Shown piece by piece: positions 19,647-28,207 of a stretch of 64,000 bases of DNA. Position 1 is the first letter of the stretch; every line of letters starts with the position of its first letter. This DNA is from Patescibacteria group bacterium. Its GTDB lineage: Bacteria > Patescibacteriota > Minisyncoccia > Phycocordibacterales > UBA1006. Location: NCBI GenBank assembly GCA_028286885.1, contig JAQBQS010000016.1, forward strand, positions 2,809 through 66,808. The letters run 5' to 3'. A model generated the notes under the pieces. It was not told where the DNA came from, made no database searches, and saw only the letters and a list, made by a program, of their open reading frames with translations. Both the position numbers and the translations under genes were made by a program.

Positions 19647-19709
19647 AACTCTCTTACTGTACCATGAAACGGGTCGGTTGTCAGGTGAGATGTGGATAAC
19701 AAAAAAACG

Positions 19710-20246
19710 CTATTTAGCGTATTTTTCGTCATAAAGCTTAAATGACTCTTCGATATTTTCGAGCGCCGTCTTCTTGTCATGGATTCCGTTGATCGAAACC
19801 GTTCCTTTCTCGCCCTTCTTGAGCTCCTTGTACGTTTCCCAAAAATGCGTGAACTCTCTCAGGTTGTGCTTGTTGATGTCGGCCAAGTCCTGGATGTCTT
19901 CGAACCGCTTGTCATCCACCGGAACGGCGATGATTTTCGCGTCTGATTCCCCGGTGTCGGTCATATCCATCACCGCTACCGGCCGGACGCGTACCAAGAT
20001 TCCCGGCATGATCGGATAGGTCGTGAGCACGATCACGTCGAGCGCGTCGCCGTCGTGCCATAGCGTCTGCGGAACGAATCCGTAATCGAACGGGTAGGGT
20101 GCCGCGGAATAGTTCGCACGGTCGAGCGCGATCAACCCTGTCTCCTTGTCGATTTCGTATTTGTTGCTCGAACCCTTGGGGATTTCGATAATGACGTTCA
20201 ATTCGTTTGCGCTTGTTCCGCGCGAGATGTCGTGCATGAGATTCAT
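19710..20246 (-). CDS. ppa: Inorganic pyrophosphatase (family I)
   Basis: IEIPKGS.NKYE.DK, YGFVPQT..DGDALD, D.GESDAK. Confidence 0.95.
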   Translation of the reverse strand: MNLMHDISRGTSANELNVIIEIPKGSSNKYEIDKETGLIALDRANYSAAPYPFDYGFVPQTLWHDGDALDVIVLTTYPIMPGILVRVRPVAVMDMTDTGESDAKIIAVPVDDKRFEDIQDLADINKHNLREFTHFWETYKELKKGEKGTVSINGIHDKKTALENIEESFKLYDEKYAK

Positions 20247-20369
20247 ATGGACATTACAGTACCATTTCACAGGCATTCTTGCAAAATTATCAAGAAACAA
20301 GAATGCCTTCTTGGCAAGTTGCCAGATTCCCAATAAGGAGTAGATTGAAATCAAGTAAATCTTTAAAAA

Positions 20370-20810
20370 ATGAAAAGAATATATATGTTGGCAATGCTCG
20401 TCGTCATGACGACGGCTGCCATGGCACAGCACTTTCACGGCAACGGCTTCGCCGTCAGAGGCGGATGGAATGTCAGCTTCGGCGTGAGCCGCGGCCTCGG
20501 ATGGGGAACCAATCCCGGATACTACAACAATTTCGGAAGGTTCGGATGCTCAAGTCCGGTTGTCTATGATTATGGATACAACTACCGGTATACCTATAAT
20601 CCGGGCATCTATCTGACGCCGGCCTATTCCGCTCCGACGGTAATCGTACAACAAGCGGCGCCTGCGTCTGTAGTCATCATCCAGCAGCCTGTCGTGATAC
20701 AGGAATCGAACCCTTGCTATTACATTACCGAGTACCACAAGATCGGTGGGCAACAGGTATACGATGCCAACGGCAATCCGGAATCCCGGCGCGTCCTCCG
20801 ATGTGACTAA
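20370..20810 (+). CDS. Hypothetical secreted protein, Gly/Tyr-rich
   Basis: Signal peptide AMA|Q; terminator follows. Confidence 0.6.
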   Translation: MKRIYMLAMLVVMTTAAMAQHFHGNGFAVRGGWNVSFGVSRGLGWGTNPGYYNNFGRFGCSSPVVYDYGYNYRYTYNPGIYLTPAYSAPTVIVQQAAPASVVIIQQPVVIQESNPCYYITEYHKIGGQQVYDANGNPESRRVLRCD

Positions 20811-20965
20811 TGAGTTTTTTAAAAGATCTGCTTCTTGCGGATCTTTTTTATTTTTGCTAGGATGCGAAGGCGAGATTAAGGCGCGGCGGCCGTAACGGGC
20901 CTCCTTCAGGGCAGTAGCGACCGTATCGGCCGCCGCCCAAACGCCCCACGCTCGCGCCAAAACAA

Positions 20966-21040
20966 TCCCCTGTAGCTCAGCGGTAGAGCAATCGACTGTT
21001 AATCGATTGGTCGTAGGTTCGATCCCTACCGGGGGAGCCA
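20966..21040 (+). tRNA. tRNA-Asn (GTT)
   Basis: TCCCCTG/CGGGGGA acceptor, anticodon loop CTGTTAA, GGTTCGATCC T arm, encoded CCA. Confidence 0.95.
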
Positions 21041-21331
21041 GTTAGGGGTACTAGCAAGTTCTAGTACCAAGTTCCAAGGTTCTCGCATTGTAAACTCTAG
21101 GTTTTTTCCATCTACAAGCGGGTTCTGAATGAGATAATTCACAAAAGCTCTTTTTTCATGTGTATCAGAACTTTCAAAAAGTTCAGTTGCATCATGAGCA
21201 AGATTAAGTATTACGCCTACAGTGATTTTGTAAGTGTGATCTGCTTTTGTGTGCTCATCAAGTTCGATAGAAAGTCGCGCCTGTCGGTCTTTAAGCTGTT
21301 GCAACTTTTTGTCATAGTCGTCAGGGGTAAT
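21026..21331 (-). pseudogene. C-terminal remnant of a large serine recombinase
   Basis: ITPDDYDKKLQQLK...ELFESSDTHEKRAFVNYL...LEFTMREPWN...WLP coiled-coil tail running into the tRNA; no catalytic N-terminus. Confidence 0.65.
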
Positions 21332-21398
21332 TCGCCACTCCGATCATATTTCAGCCCGTACCGCTTAAAAGGCTCGTTATTGTGCTACATTGATGAAT

Positions 21399-21953
21399 AT
21401 GCAAGAAGATAAAAGGATCGCTACAATGGAAGCTCTGTATGAGAATTCAAAGAGCTTAATAACATCCGCCGACTCTCTTATAGAGTCAAAAATGCCCGTT
21501 GGGCATGCTTTTGCGCTACTTCAAACAGCTTGTGAGGAAATCGGAAGAATGTTGGCAATTTTACAAATCCTTCAGAGTGTTAAAGTTGAGCTTCCAAGGA
21601 ATAGGCATACTGTTAAGCACTCCCATTTTCTTAGATTTATGTCGATTCAGCCTGTAGGGCATCGACCTTACTTTGAGATCATTTCCGAGATTACTGGCTT
21701 TGAAATCAATCAAGAGAACTCAAAGGACGATGTTGTTCTTGATAAAATTCAGAAGTTTAGAGAGTCTTGCTTATATGTAAACGTTAATTTCGATAACAAT
21801 CATACGATTTCATCCCCAACTGAAGAGAGAATACAAGGTAAGGTTGAGCAGGTAAAGGAGCTAAAAGAAATTCTTGTAAATTATATGAATGGCATGCTTA
21901 AACCACTTATAGAAGCTCACAAAAACGGGAAGACGATATTCTCTAAATCTTAA
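21399..21953 (+). CDS. AbiV-like abortive infection protein
   Basis: N...L...A..L, ALLQTACEEIGR, HTVKH, FRESCLYV motifs resemble AbiV. Confidence 0.65.
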   Translation: MQEDKRIATMEALYENSKSLITSADSLIESKMPVGHAFALLQTACEEIGRMLAILQILQSVKVELPRNRHTVKHSHFLRFMSIQPVGHRPYFEIISEITGFEINQENSKDDVVLDKIQKFRESCLYVNVNFDNNHTISSPTEERIQGKVEQVKELKEILVNYMNGMLKPLIEAHKNGKTIFSKS

Positions 21954-21959
21954 GGTCTT

Positions 21960-22925
21960 ATGGAAAATCTAAAATCTAAAAAACAAATACTTTTAACAGG
22001 GGCTGGCTTTTCAAAAAATTTCGGAGGCTTTTTAGCCAAGGAAATGTTCGATGAGATCTATAACAGCGACCATCTTAAAAAGTTTCCAACATTAAGAGAT
22101 AAGCTTCTTGCCACAGGTGATTTTGAGTTTTTTTATGCGGAAGCAATGCTCGATAAAAACCTAACTCCCGAAGAAAAAGGTGCTGTTAAAGCTGCAGTGC
22201 AAGAAGCTTACAATAACCTGGATAAAATCTTTCAGAGCTCTTTTATATCCAATGGTGATTTGCTAATGAGCTGGGGTGATTTTCTAAGTAAAAACTTTTC
22301 TGGTAATGGGTCGGCTGTAGGGTTATTTTTTACTCTCAATCAGGATTTGTTGCTGGAAAGAAGTTTTGGGAATGTTTGCCCTGGAGTCAAGTCATTTAGA
22401 ATGAACGGGCTTGGACAAGCAGATTCATTTTCTTCCTCTCATTCGGTAGTTCTACCACAAGACACTAAAAGGGCAGAGGCAGACATTTTAGTGGGTAACC
22501 TTTCCTATTTTAAGTTACATGGTTCCTATGGGTGGAAATCTTCTGACGGTACAGATCAGATGGTTGTAGGAAGTAATAAGTCAGAGCTGATTGAAAAGGA
22601 GCCGATCCTGAAGCTTTATTTCGATGTTTTTAAGAAGGCTATCGCCGAGGGAAACAAAAATATTTTAATAATAGGGTATGGGTTCAGGGACAAGCATATC
22701 AACGATGTCTTGATGGACGGGGTTGAAAACCATGGATTAAAAATAGTTTGTATAGGTAACTCATCAATAGCTGATGTTATTAAAAAAGCGGAAAATGAAT
22801 ACCCAGAATGCGTACCTTTACTAAGAAGGGTTGATAAGTACTTCCCTTACCCTTTAGAAAGAATCTTAAATAATAATGCAGGAGACACAAGCTTTCGAGA
22901 TAGGATCGAGGAAAATATTCGATAA
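21960..22925 (+). CDS. SIR2-like (SIR2_2) domain protein
   Basis: LLTGAGFS, TLNQDLLLE, KLHGS, IIGYGFRDKHIN. Confidence 0.85.
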   Translation: MENLKSKKQILLTGAGFSKNFGGFLAKEMFDEIYNSDHLKKFPTLRDKLLATGDFEFFYAEAMLDKNLTPEEKGAVKAAVQEAYNNLDKIFQSSFISNGDLLMSWGDFLSKNFSGNGSAVGLFFTLNQDLLLERSFGNVCPGVKSFRMNGLGQADSFSSSHSVVLPQDTKRAEADILVGNLSYFKLHGSYGWKSSDGTDQMVVGSNKSELIEKEPILKLYFDVFKKAIAEGNKNILIIGYGFRDKHINDVLMDGVENHGLKIVCIGNSSIADVIKKAENEYPECVPLLRRVDKYFPYPLERILNNNAGDTSFRDRIEENIR

Positions 22926-23132
22926 CCTTAGCAATTCTTAGCATTATTTAGAGAATGTTAGATTTTCATATAATCGCAGATCCATCTTAATACTCCTCCA
23001 ATTAAGGGTTCTGAACTTGCTTACGAGGGGGAGCCAAGTATTGACGATTTATCGAATATATTGTAATGAAAAATCACCATATTAATATGGTGATTTTTCA
23101 TTTATGTGCTATAAGATAAATACAACTAAATC

Positions 23133-23279
23133 AGTAGCCTAAACTCTTGAGTGATCGAGAGCATGGTGAAATAAACCCAGTAAAGATTAAAAAACCCATC
23201 ATATGGGGCTATCTTTACTGGTCGTATCTGGAAACGGATACGGAGGGCGAAAGCTCTCACCTATGTGGTGGGCTTTTTG
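23133..23279 (+). ncRNA. Candidate structured RNA, copy 2
   Basis: Aligns to 3210-3357 with covarying stems. Confidence 0.7.
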
Positions 23280-23423
23280 CTTGAATTATTAGTTTTATAT
23301 TTCGACTATATCTTCTAAGAGAAATTATTTTTTGAGCTAAGCCTATAACTTCTCTTTAGAAATAATTTAACTCGCTTTGATAAGGTAATTTACCTATAAA
23401 AAGCCTTCAGTAAATGCATTTTC

Positions 23424-24425
23424 ATGGAAAAAAATAACAAAAAGAGTTCGTTAGGAAAAATTGTTGCGATTATGTTCTTTAGCGGATTTGTTCTTCTGAT
23501 TGGGTGTCTTGTCTTAGGATTCAAATATGTATGCCGGCACGAGGCATGCTCGATTTCTTCCCAGAAGCCCTATGTGGTTTCCATAAAAACTGAGGAAGGG
23601 AAAGGTGTGCATGTTGAAAATAAAGGATCTATTTTCTCGATTTTTTACAAAGTCCAGAATGGAAACGGACCCGCTGAAGATTTTTTTAACGTTGATACAA
23701 GTAAGTTTGCAATTCAGGACTTGTCAGTCGATTTGGAGAGCCCCTTTTTTAGTTGTTCTCAGCGAAGAGAGAAGAAGATTATATATGTCATTTTAGATGT
23801 TTCGAAATCGGTTGTTCAATCGGCAGGCGAGGACTATTTCAGCAGAGTTACTTCTACCATACAAAATATTTTAGCCTCGGACAGTCTTGAGCCTGGCGAT
23901 CAAATTCGAATTAGATTTATGGGAAATAATAATGACGCGCTTGATAATCTTGATTTTACCGGACCTCGTTTCAAATATTCAGTTCAAAAGAATTCAGTTC
24001 AAAAGAAAATAACTCTTACTCTTACGGATTACTCGCGTGATCATTTAACGAAATGTCAAAATACATCAGGCGCGATTTCTCTAGAAGATGTTATTGGTCA
24101 TATTCAAAGTTCATATGAGAAACGCATCCAAACTCCGGATAATACGACGAATATTTCCGGTTTGTTGAAACAGATATCAAATGAAGTTTCTTTGGAACAG
24201 GAGCGATTTGAATCGGTTCGATACATCATCTTTACGGACGGTGACTCTACTGACGAATACGACGGATGCGATTACTTGTCCGCAGATAAATGCGGAACTG
24301 ACATCAAAAGTCTCAACTTGAATCATGACCTTTCAAATCGCGCGTATGTCATCTGGGTCAAGGATTCGTGGACACAAGGAGTGTTTAGAAAACTATTCGA
24401 CGGCATGTCCGTTAATTTCCAATAG
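23424..24425 (+). CDS. Membrane-anchored vWA-like domain protein
   Basis: N-terminal TM; ILDVSKS (DxSxS), TNI, IFTDG. Confidence 0.65.
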   Translation: MEKNNKKSSLGKIVAIMFFSGFVLLIGCLVLGFKYVCRHEACSISSQKPYVVSIKTEEGKGVHVENKGSIFSIFYKVQNGNGPAEDFFNVDTSKFAIQDLSVDLESPFFSCSQRREKKIIYVILDVSKSVVQSAGEDYFSRVTSTIQNILASDSLEPGDQIRIRFMGNNNDALDNLDFTGPRFKYSVQKNSVQKKITLTLTDYSRDHLTKCQNTSGAISLEDVIGHIQSSYEKRIQTPDNTTNISGLLKQISNEVSLEQERFESVRYIIFTDGDSTDEYDGCDYLSADKCGTDIKSLNLNHDLSNRAYVIWVKDSWTQGVFRKLFDGMSVNFQ

Positions 24426-24428
24426 ATT

Positions 24429-25757
24429 ATGAAATTATTTAATTCTGACTACAACAAAGGATACAGGGCTGCCAAAAGCTATGTGCGGATTATCTCGCTT
24501 CCGAAAGACGTTACAAACAATATCAAGTCGTTTCTTGATTCCGTTTATGTAAGTGCTGTGAGCGGACTTGCCCATATCCTCCAAGAAAATCTCAGCTATG
24601 CGGAAAACAGAATACGAACTATTGAAGTAGAATTGAAATCACTGAAAGATCGTAAAGAAAAACTGATTACGGAAGCAAATCAAATCGACGAGAAAGAAGT
24701 AACGGAACTTTTTTTGGGACAGGCTTCTGAGATCGAAGCCCGGATACAGGAATTTAATAGGAACATCGAACTTCTCAATGATCAGCTCAATGAATTAAAA
24801 AAAGAACACATTCAGGTTTCTTCGAAAGAAAAGCCAGTTGAAAAGACAAATAGCAAATCAGCTAGCTTCATCGGAAGTGTTATTCAAAAGTTACAGGAAT
24901 CAGCAAAAGAGTTTTCTACGATCGGACCCTGGTTTCTTCTGGTTTTGGTTGATTATGGGATTGCAGTTTCGTTTTTTAGTCAATATGCTGAAGGGCAGGG
25001 TTTTCTAGTTGAGGTAGTTGTCGGGTATCTTCTTCCTCTTGCTATAACACTTATTTCGATGGTTGCCATGCATATGGTAATAGATGGAGTGAAAAAACTT
25101 CAGTCCGACGATGCAGCTCCATCCACGGCTATATCAACTGTCGCGGCAGTCGTTATTTTGGCTTTGATTTTCTTCGGAATCCTTTTCATGAGAGTTCTGA
25201 ATGATGGTGACAATCTTGTCATGCAAATCGTCATTTGGGTTCTCTTCGTAGGACTTGTTATCGTAGTTGGATACGAACTTCATAAGAAAGGAAAAAGCCC
25301 TGGTGTCATTATCGAATATCCTGCAAAGATGATCGTATGTACATTAGGTCTCATATGCGGAGCAATTGCATGGCCATTCGAGCAGATCCACAATGTAACA
25401 ACGAAACAGAGAAACATAGGTCCCGAAGCGGAACTTAAGAAGAGTATGGTGTACATCCAAGAGCGCATCAATAACCAATTTGCTGAAAAAGCTAGGCTTG
25501 AAGGAAAGCTTACTAATCTTCCGAGAGAGAAAATGCAGTTTACTTCCACGAATATCGCGATTCTGAGACAGCAGAAGATGAACATGGCTGAGAAGGATAT
25601 TCAAGAAATAGATGCAATCATTTACGATAATCAAGCCGAACTTGTAAAATCAAAAGCAGCCGAAAAATCATTAAAAGATCGTTTGATGGAAATACGAACG
25701 GGATCAAACGATGGCGCCATGAAACAGCTTATGAAAAGATTGAGGCAAAAGTCGTAG
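24429..25757 (+). CDS. Coiled-coil multi-pass membrane protein
   Basis: Heptad-rich N and C regions flanking 4-5 TM segments. Confidence 0.7.
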   Translation: MKLFNSDYNKGYRAAKSYVRIISLPKDVTNNIKSFLDSVYVSAVSGLAHILQENLSYAENRIRTIEVELKSLKDRKEKLITEANQIDEKEVTELFLGQASEIEARIQEFNRNIELLNDQLNELKKEHIQVSSKEKPVEKTNSKSASFIGSVIQKLQESAKEFSTIGPWFLLVLVDYGIAVSFFSQYAEGQGFLVEVVVGYLLPLAITLISMVAMHMVIDGVKKLQSDDAAPSTAISTVAAVVILALIFFGILFMRVLNDGDNLVMQIVIWVLFVGLVIVVGYELHKKGKSPGVIIEYPAKMIVCTLGLICGAIAWPFEQIHNVTTKQRNIGPEAELKKSMVYIQERINNQFAEKARLEGKLTNLPREKMQFTSTNIAILRQQKMNMAEKDIQEIDAIIYDNQAELVKSKAAEKSLKDRLMEIRTGSNDGAMKQLMKRLRQKS

Positions 25758-25758
25758 T

Positions 25759-25887
25759 ATGTTTGCGTTCATACTCTTTGCTATTTTCTGTTATGGTATC
25801 TACGAGCTTTTCCGTCATGGAAAAATTGGAATTGCGATATTTCTTATTCTCGCATTCCTAGTTTGGGCGTTCTTCAGCTTTTTGTAA
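25759..25887 (+). CDS. Small two-TM membrane protein (42 aa, below ORF track cutoff)
   Basis: MFAFILFAIFCYGIYELFRHGKIGIAIFLILAFLVWAFFSFL*, starting 1 nt after the previous stop. Confidence 0.5.
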   Translation: MFAFILFAIFCYGIYELFRHGKIGIAIFLILAFLVWAFFSFL

Positions 25888-25975
25888 AAATACATAAATG
25901 CTTGCAAGTGCAGGCATTTGTTTTGAAACTCAGGTGGTTTATCAAAAATTTAACTCTATATGATAAAGTATTAAT

Positions 25976-26221
25976 ATGAAATTTATCAAAAATATATCCC
26001 TCGGGATTATTGCCCTTCTTGTTGTTTTTGCCATGGCGCATCCGGCCTTTGCGAAATCTTCGTATTATACGAATTCATCGCATGTCAAAGTTCATGTTCC
26101 GACATGGGAACAGCGTGTTCCTGTTGGTGCGACGGCGCAGTGCAGAGATCGGTCTTACAGTTACAGTCAGCATCGTCGCGGGACGTGCTCGGGGCATAAA
26201 GGAGTTGCGAGCTGGCTATAA
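25976..26221 (+). CDS. DUF3761 family secreted protein
   Basis: GATAQCRD.SYSYSQHRRGTCSGH.GV signature. Confidence 0.85.
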   Translation: MKFIKNISLGIIALLVVFAMAHPAFAKSSYYTNSSHVKVHVPTWEQRVPVGATAQCRDRSYSYSQHRRGTCSGHKGVASWL

Positions 26222-26262
26222 CAAAAAATGCCCTCGAGGGCATTTTTTGTTATAGTGCCTAC

Positions 26263-26823
26263 ATGGCAAAGTTCATACTCCACGGAGGCTTCACTCCCGG
26301 AAACACGCATGAAGACAATAGCGATTTCTATTCTGAAATCCTGAAGGATGCTCCTGAAAATGCACGGATCCTCTTGGTTCTGTTCGCGAAAAGTCCTGAC
26401 CGCTGGGCGGCAGGCGAGGAAAAACTCAAGGTGGAATTCAATAATACCCGCCATGCGGGGAATATTTCATTTGAAGTGGCACAGGAGGATGGATTCATGG
26501 AACAGGTCAGGACTTCGGACGTAATTTATCTGAGCGGAGGAGTCAGCAAAAACCTGCTTGATGTTCTTGAAAAGTTTCCTTCATTTGAAAACGCACTTGC
26601 CGGCAAGACGGTTGCAGGAGAATCAGGGGGTGCAAACGTCCTGGCGAAATTTTTCTACAGCCCGTCGGCGAGCCAGGTGTTCGAAGGTCTTGGAATACTT
26701 GCCGTCAAAATAATTCCTCATTATTCAAAAGAAAAAGAAGGATTGCTTGATAACGTAGGAGAGGGCTTGGAAGAATTGTTCCTGTCGGAATATGCTTACA
26801 AAGTTTTCTATAAGGAATATTAA
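26263..26823 (+). CDS. Peptidase S51 / class I glutamine amidotransferase-like protein
   Basis: DVIYLSGG, GESGGA nucleophile elbow, IPHY. Confidence 0.75.
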   Translation: MAKFILHGGFTPGNTHEDNSDFYSEILKDAPENARILLVLFAKSPDRWAAGEEKLKVEFNNTRHAGNISFEVAQEDGFMEQVRTSDVIYLSGGVSKNLLDVLEKFPSFENALAGKTVAGESGGANVLAKFFYSPSASQVFEGLGILAVKIIPHYSKEKEGLLDNVGEGLEELFLSEYAYKVFYKEY

Positions 26824-26827
26824 AATT

Positions 26828-27445
26828 ATGAAACCTATCAAAGCCATCTGCTTCGACCTCGACGGAGTTTACTTCACTTCGAAGGGCAAGAATTCCTTCC
26901 ATGAAGCGCTTATAAGCGAATACGGAATATCAAAAGAAGTCGTAGATAATTTCATGTACCGAGGTCCCGAAATGGCAGAGCTTGTTCGCGGACAGATCAG
27001 CAACGAGGATTTTTGGAACAAGCTCCGCGAGGCGACAGGCATTACTGCATCGGATCAGGAATTGTCCGAACGATGGGTGCGCGATTACGAAGTGAATCAG
27101 GATGTCCGCAATGCGGTTTTGAAAGCGAAAGAGCTTGGCTATAAAACATGCGTCTGCACGAACAATAATGCAATCAGATTGCCGATCCTTTCCAAGCGCT
27201 TCAACTTGAATAATGATTTTGACGTTATTGTTTCATCGCACGAGGTCGGACATACAAAGCCCAACAAAGAAATATTCGAAGCACTTATCAGCAGATTGAA
27301 TGTTGAGCCGGAAGAACTTGTCTATTCCGACGATAATCCCGATCGGCTGCAAGGCGCTACGGACTTGGGAATTCGAACCTTCGTCTACGAAAGTTTTGAA
27401 CAATTTCTGACAGACTTGAAAAGTTTTGGAGTCGAGTTGCATTAA
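26828..27445 (+). CDS. HAD family phosphatase
   Basis: FDLDGV, TNN, KP, DD motifs. Confidence 0.85.
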   Translation: MKPIKAICFDLDGVYFTSKGKNSFHEALISEYGISKEVVDNFMYRGPEMAELVRGQISNEDFWNKLREATGITASDQELSERWVRDYEVNQDVRNAVLKAKELGYKTCVCTNNNAIRLPILSKRFNLNNDFDVIVSSHEVGHTKPNKEIFEALISRLNVEPEELVYSDDNPDRLQGATDLGIRTFVYESFEQFLTDLKSFGVELH

Positions 27446-27511
27446 GAAAGAAAAAACACCGGCCGGTGTTTTTTCTTTGGCGAGAACAGAAAGTATTCAA
27501 AAGATTATGGA

Positions 27512-28015
27512 TTATTCACCTGTCTCCATCTGCGCCGCTTTCAAGCTTTTCTTCATGGCCGCCGTCAGAACCTTGTCCGCATGCTCTTCCTCGGCAAGCG
27601 TTTCCGAAAGAAGTTTTGCGGCATCAGTAAGTCCGAGCGCTTTGGCTTCCTCGATGGCGGTCATATAGCCGGCCATCTCATAATGCTCGGCATAGCGCGC
27701 GGCACCTGCGATCATGCTGTCCTTGATAGTATCAGGAGCTTCCTGCTTCGTTGCCCACTGGCCGTCTTCGATAATGCCGCGGATTCCCTCGCATGTCGTC
27801 TTGCGGGAACTCGTTCCTAATATTTCGAAAATCTGATCAAGTCGCGCGCTGTGGTTTTTCGTTTCCTCGAGATGGTCCAAGAATCCATGGGCGAGTTCGG
27901 GGTCGGATGATGCCTTTGCAAGTTTCGGTAGCGCCTTTTCAAGTTGCTTTTCGATGTCGTAGAGTGCCTGGATCTTGAGCGTAAATGCTTTTGTCGGAGT
28001 TGTAATCGTTTTCAT
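27512..28015 (-). CDS. Ferritin-like DUF892 (YciE/YciF) protein
   Basis: LYDIEKQL..ALPK, HLEET..H..RL, EHYEMAGY, TLAEE..AD..L. Confidence 0.88.
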   Translation of the reverse strand: MKTITTPTKAFTLKIQALYDIEKQLEKALPKLAKASSDPELAHGFLDHLEETKNHSARLDQIFEILGTSSRKTTCEGIRGIIEDGQWATKQEAPDTIKDSMIAGAARYAEHYEMAGYMTAIEEAKALGLTDAAKLLSETLAEEEHADKVLTAAMKKSLKAAQMETGE

Positions 28016-28207
28016 AATGTTCTTAATGTGATTAAGCTGGTAATTATGATAGAGACGGGCAGGGGTCCTGCCACTCTTAATTATAACTCCGGCATAAATT
28101 ACTCTTCAAGGGTCCGGTGTGCACTAAAAAAAGCCTGTGAGAGGCTGTACAAAATCTTTCTGCCTTCTTTCCACAAAAAATGCGATCTGTCGGGATCGCA
28201 TCAGAAC

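Larger units (their letters stand above)
21031..23036. mobile_element. Defence islet integrated at tRNA-Asn
   Basis: Direct repeat GGGGGAGCCA (tRNA 3' end) at 21031-21040 and 23027-23036; recombinase remnant; AT-rich cargo. Confidence 0.8.
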
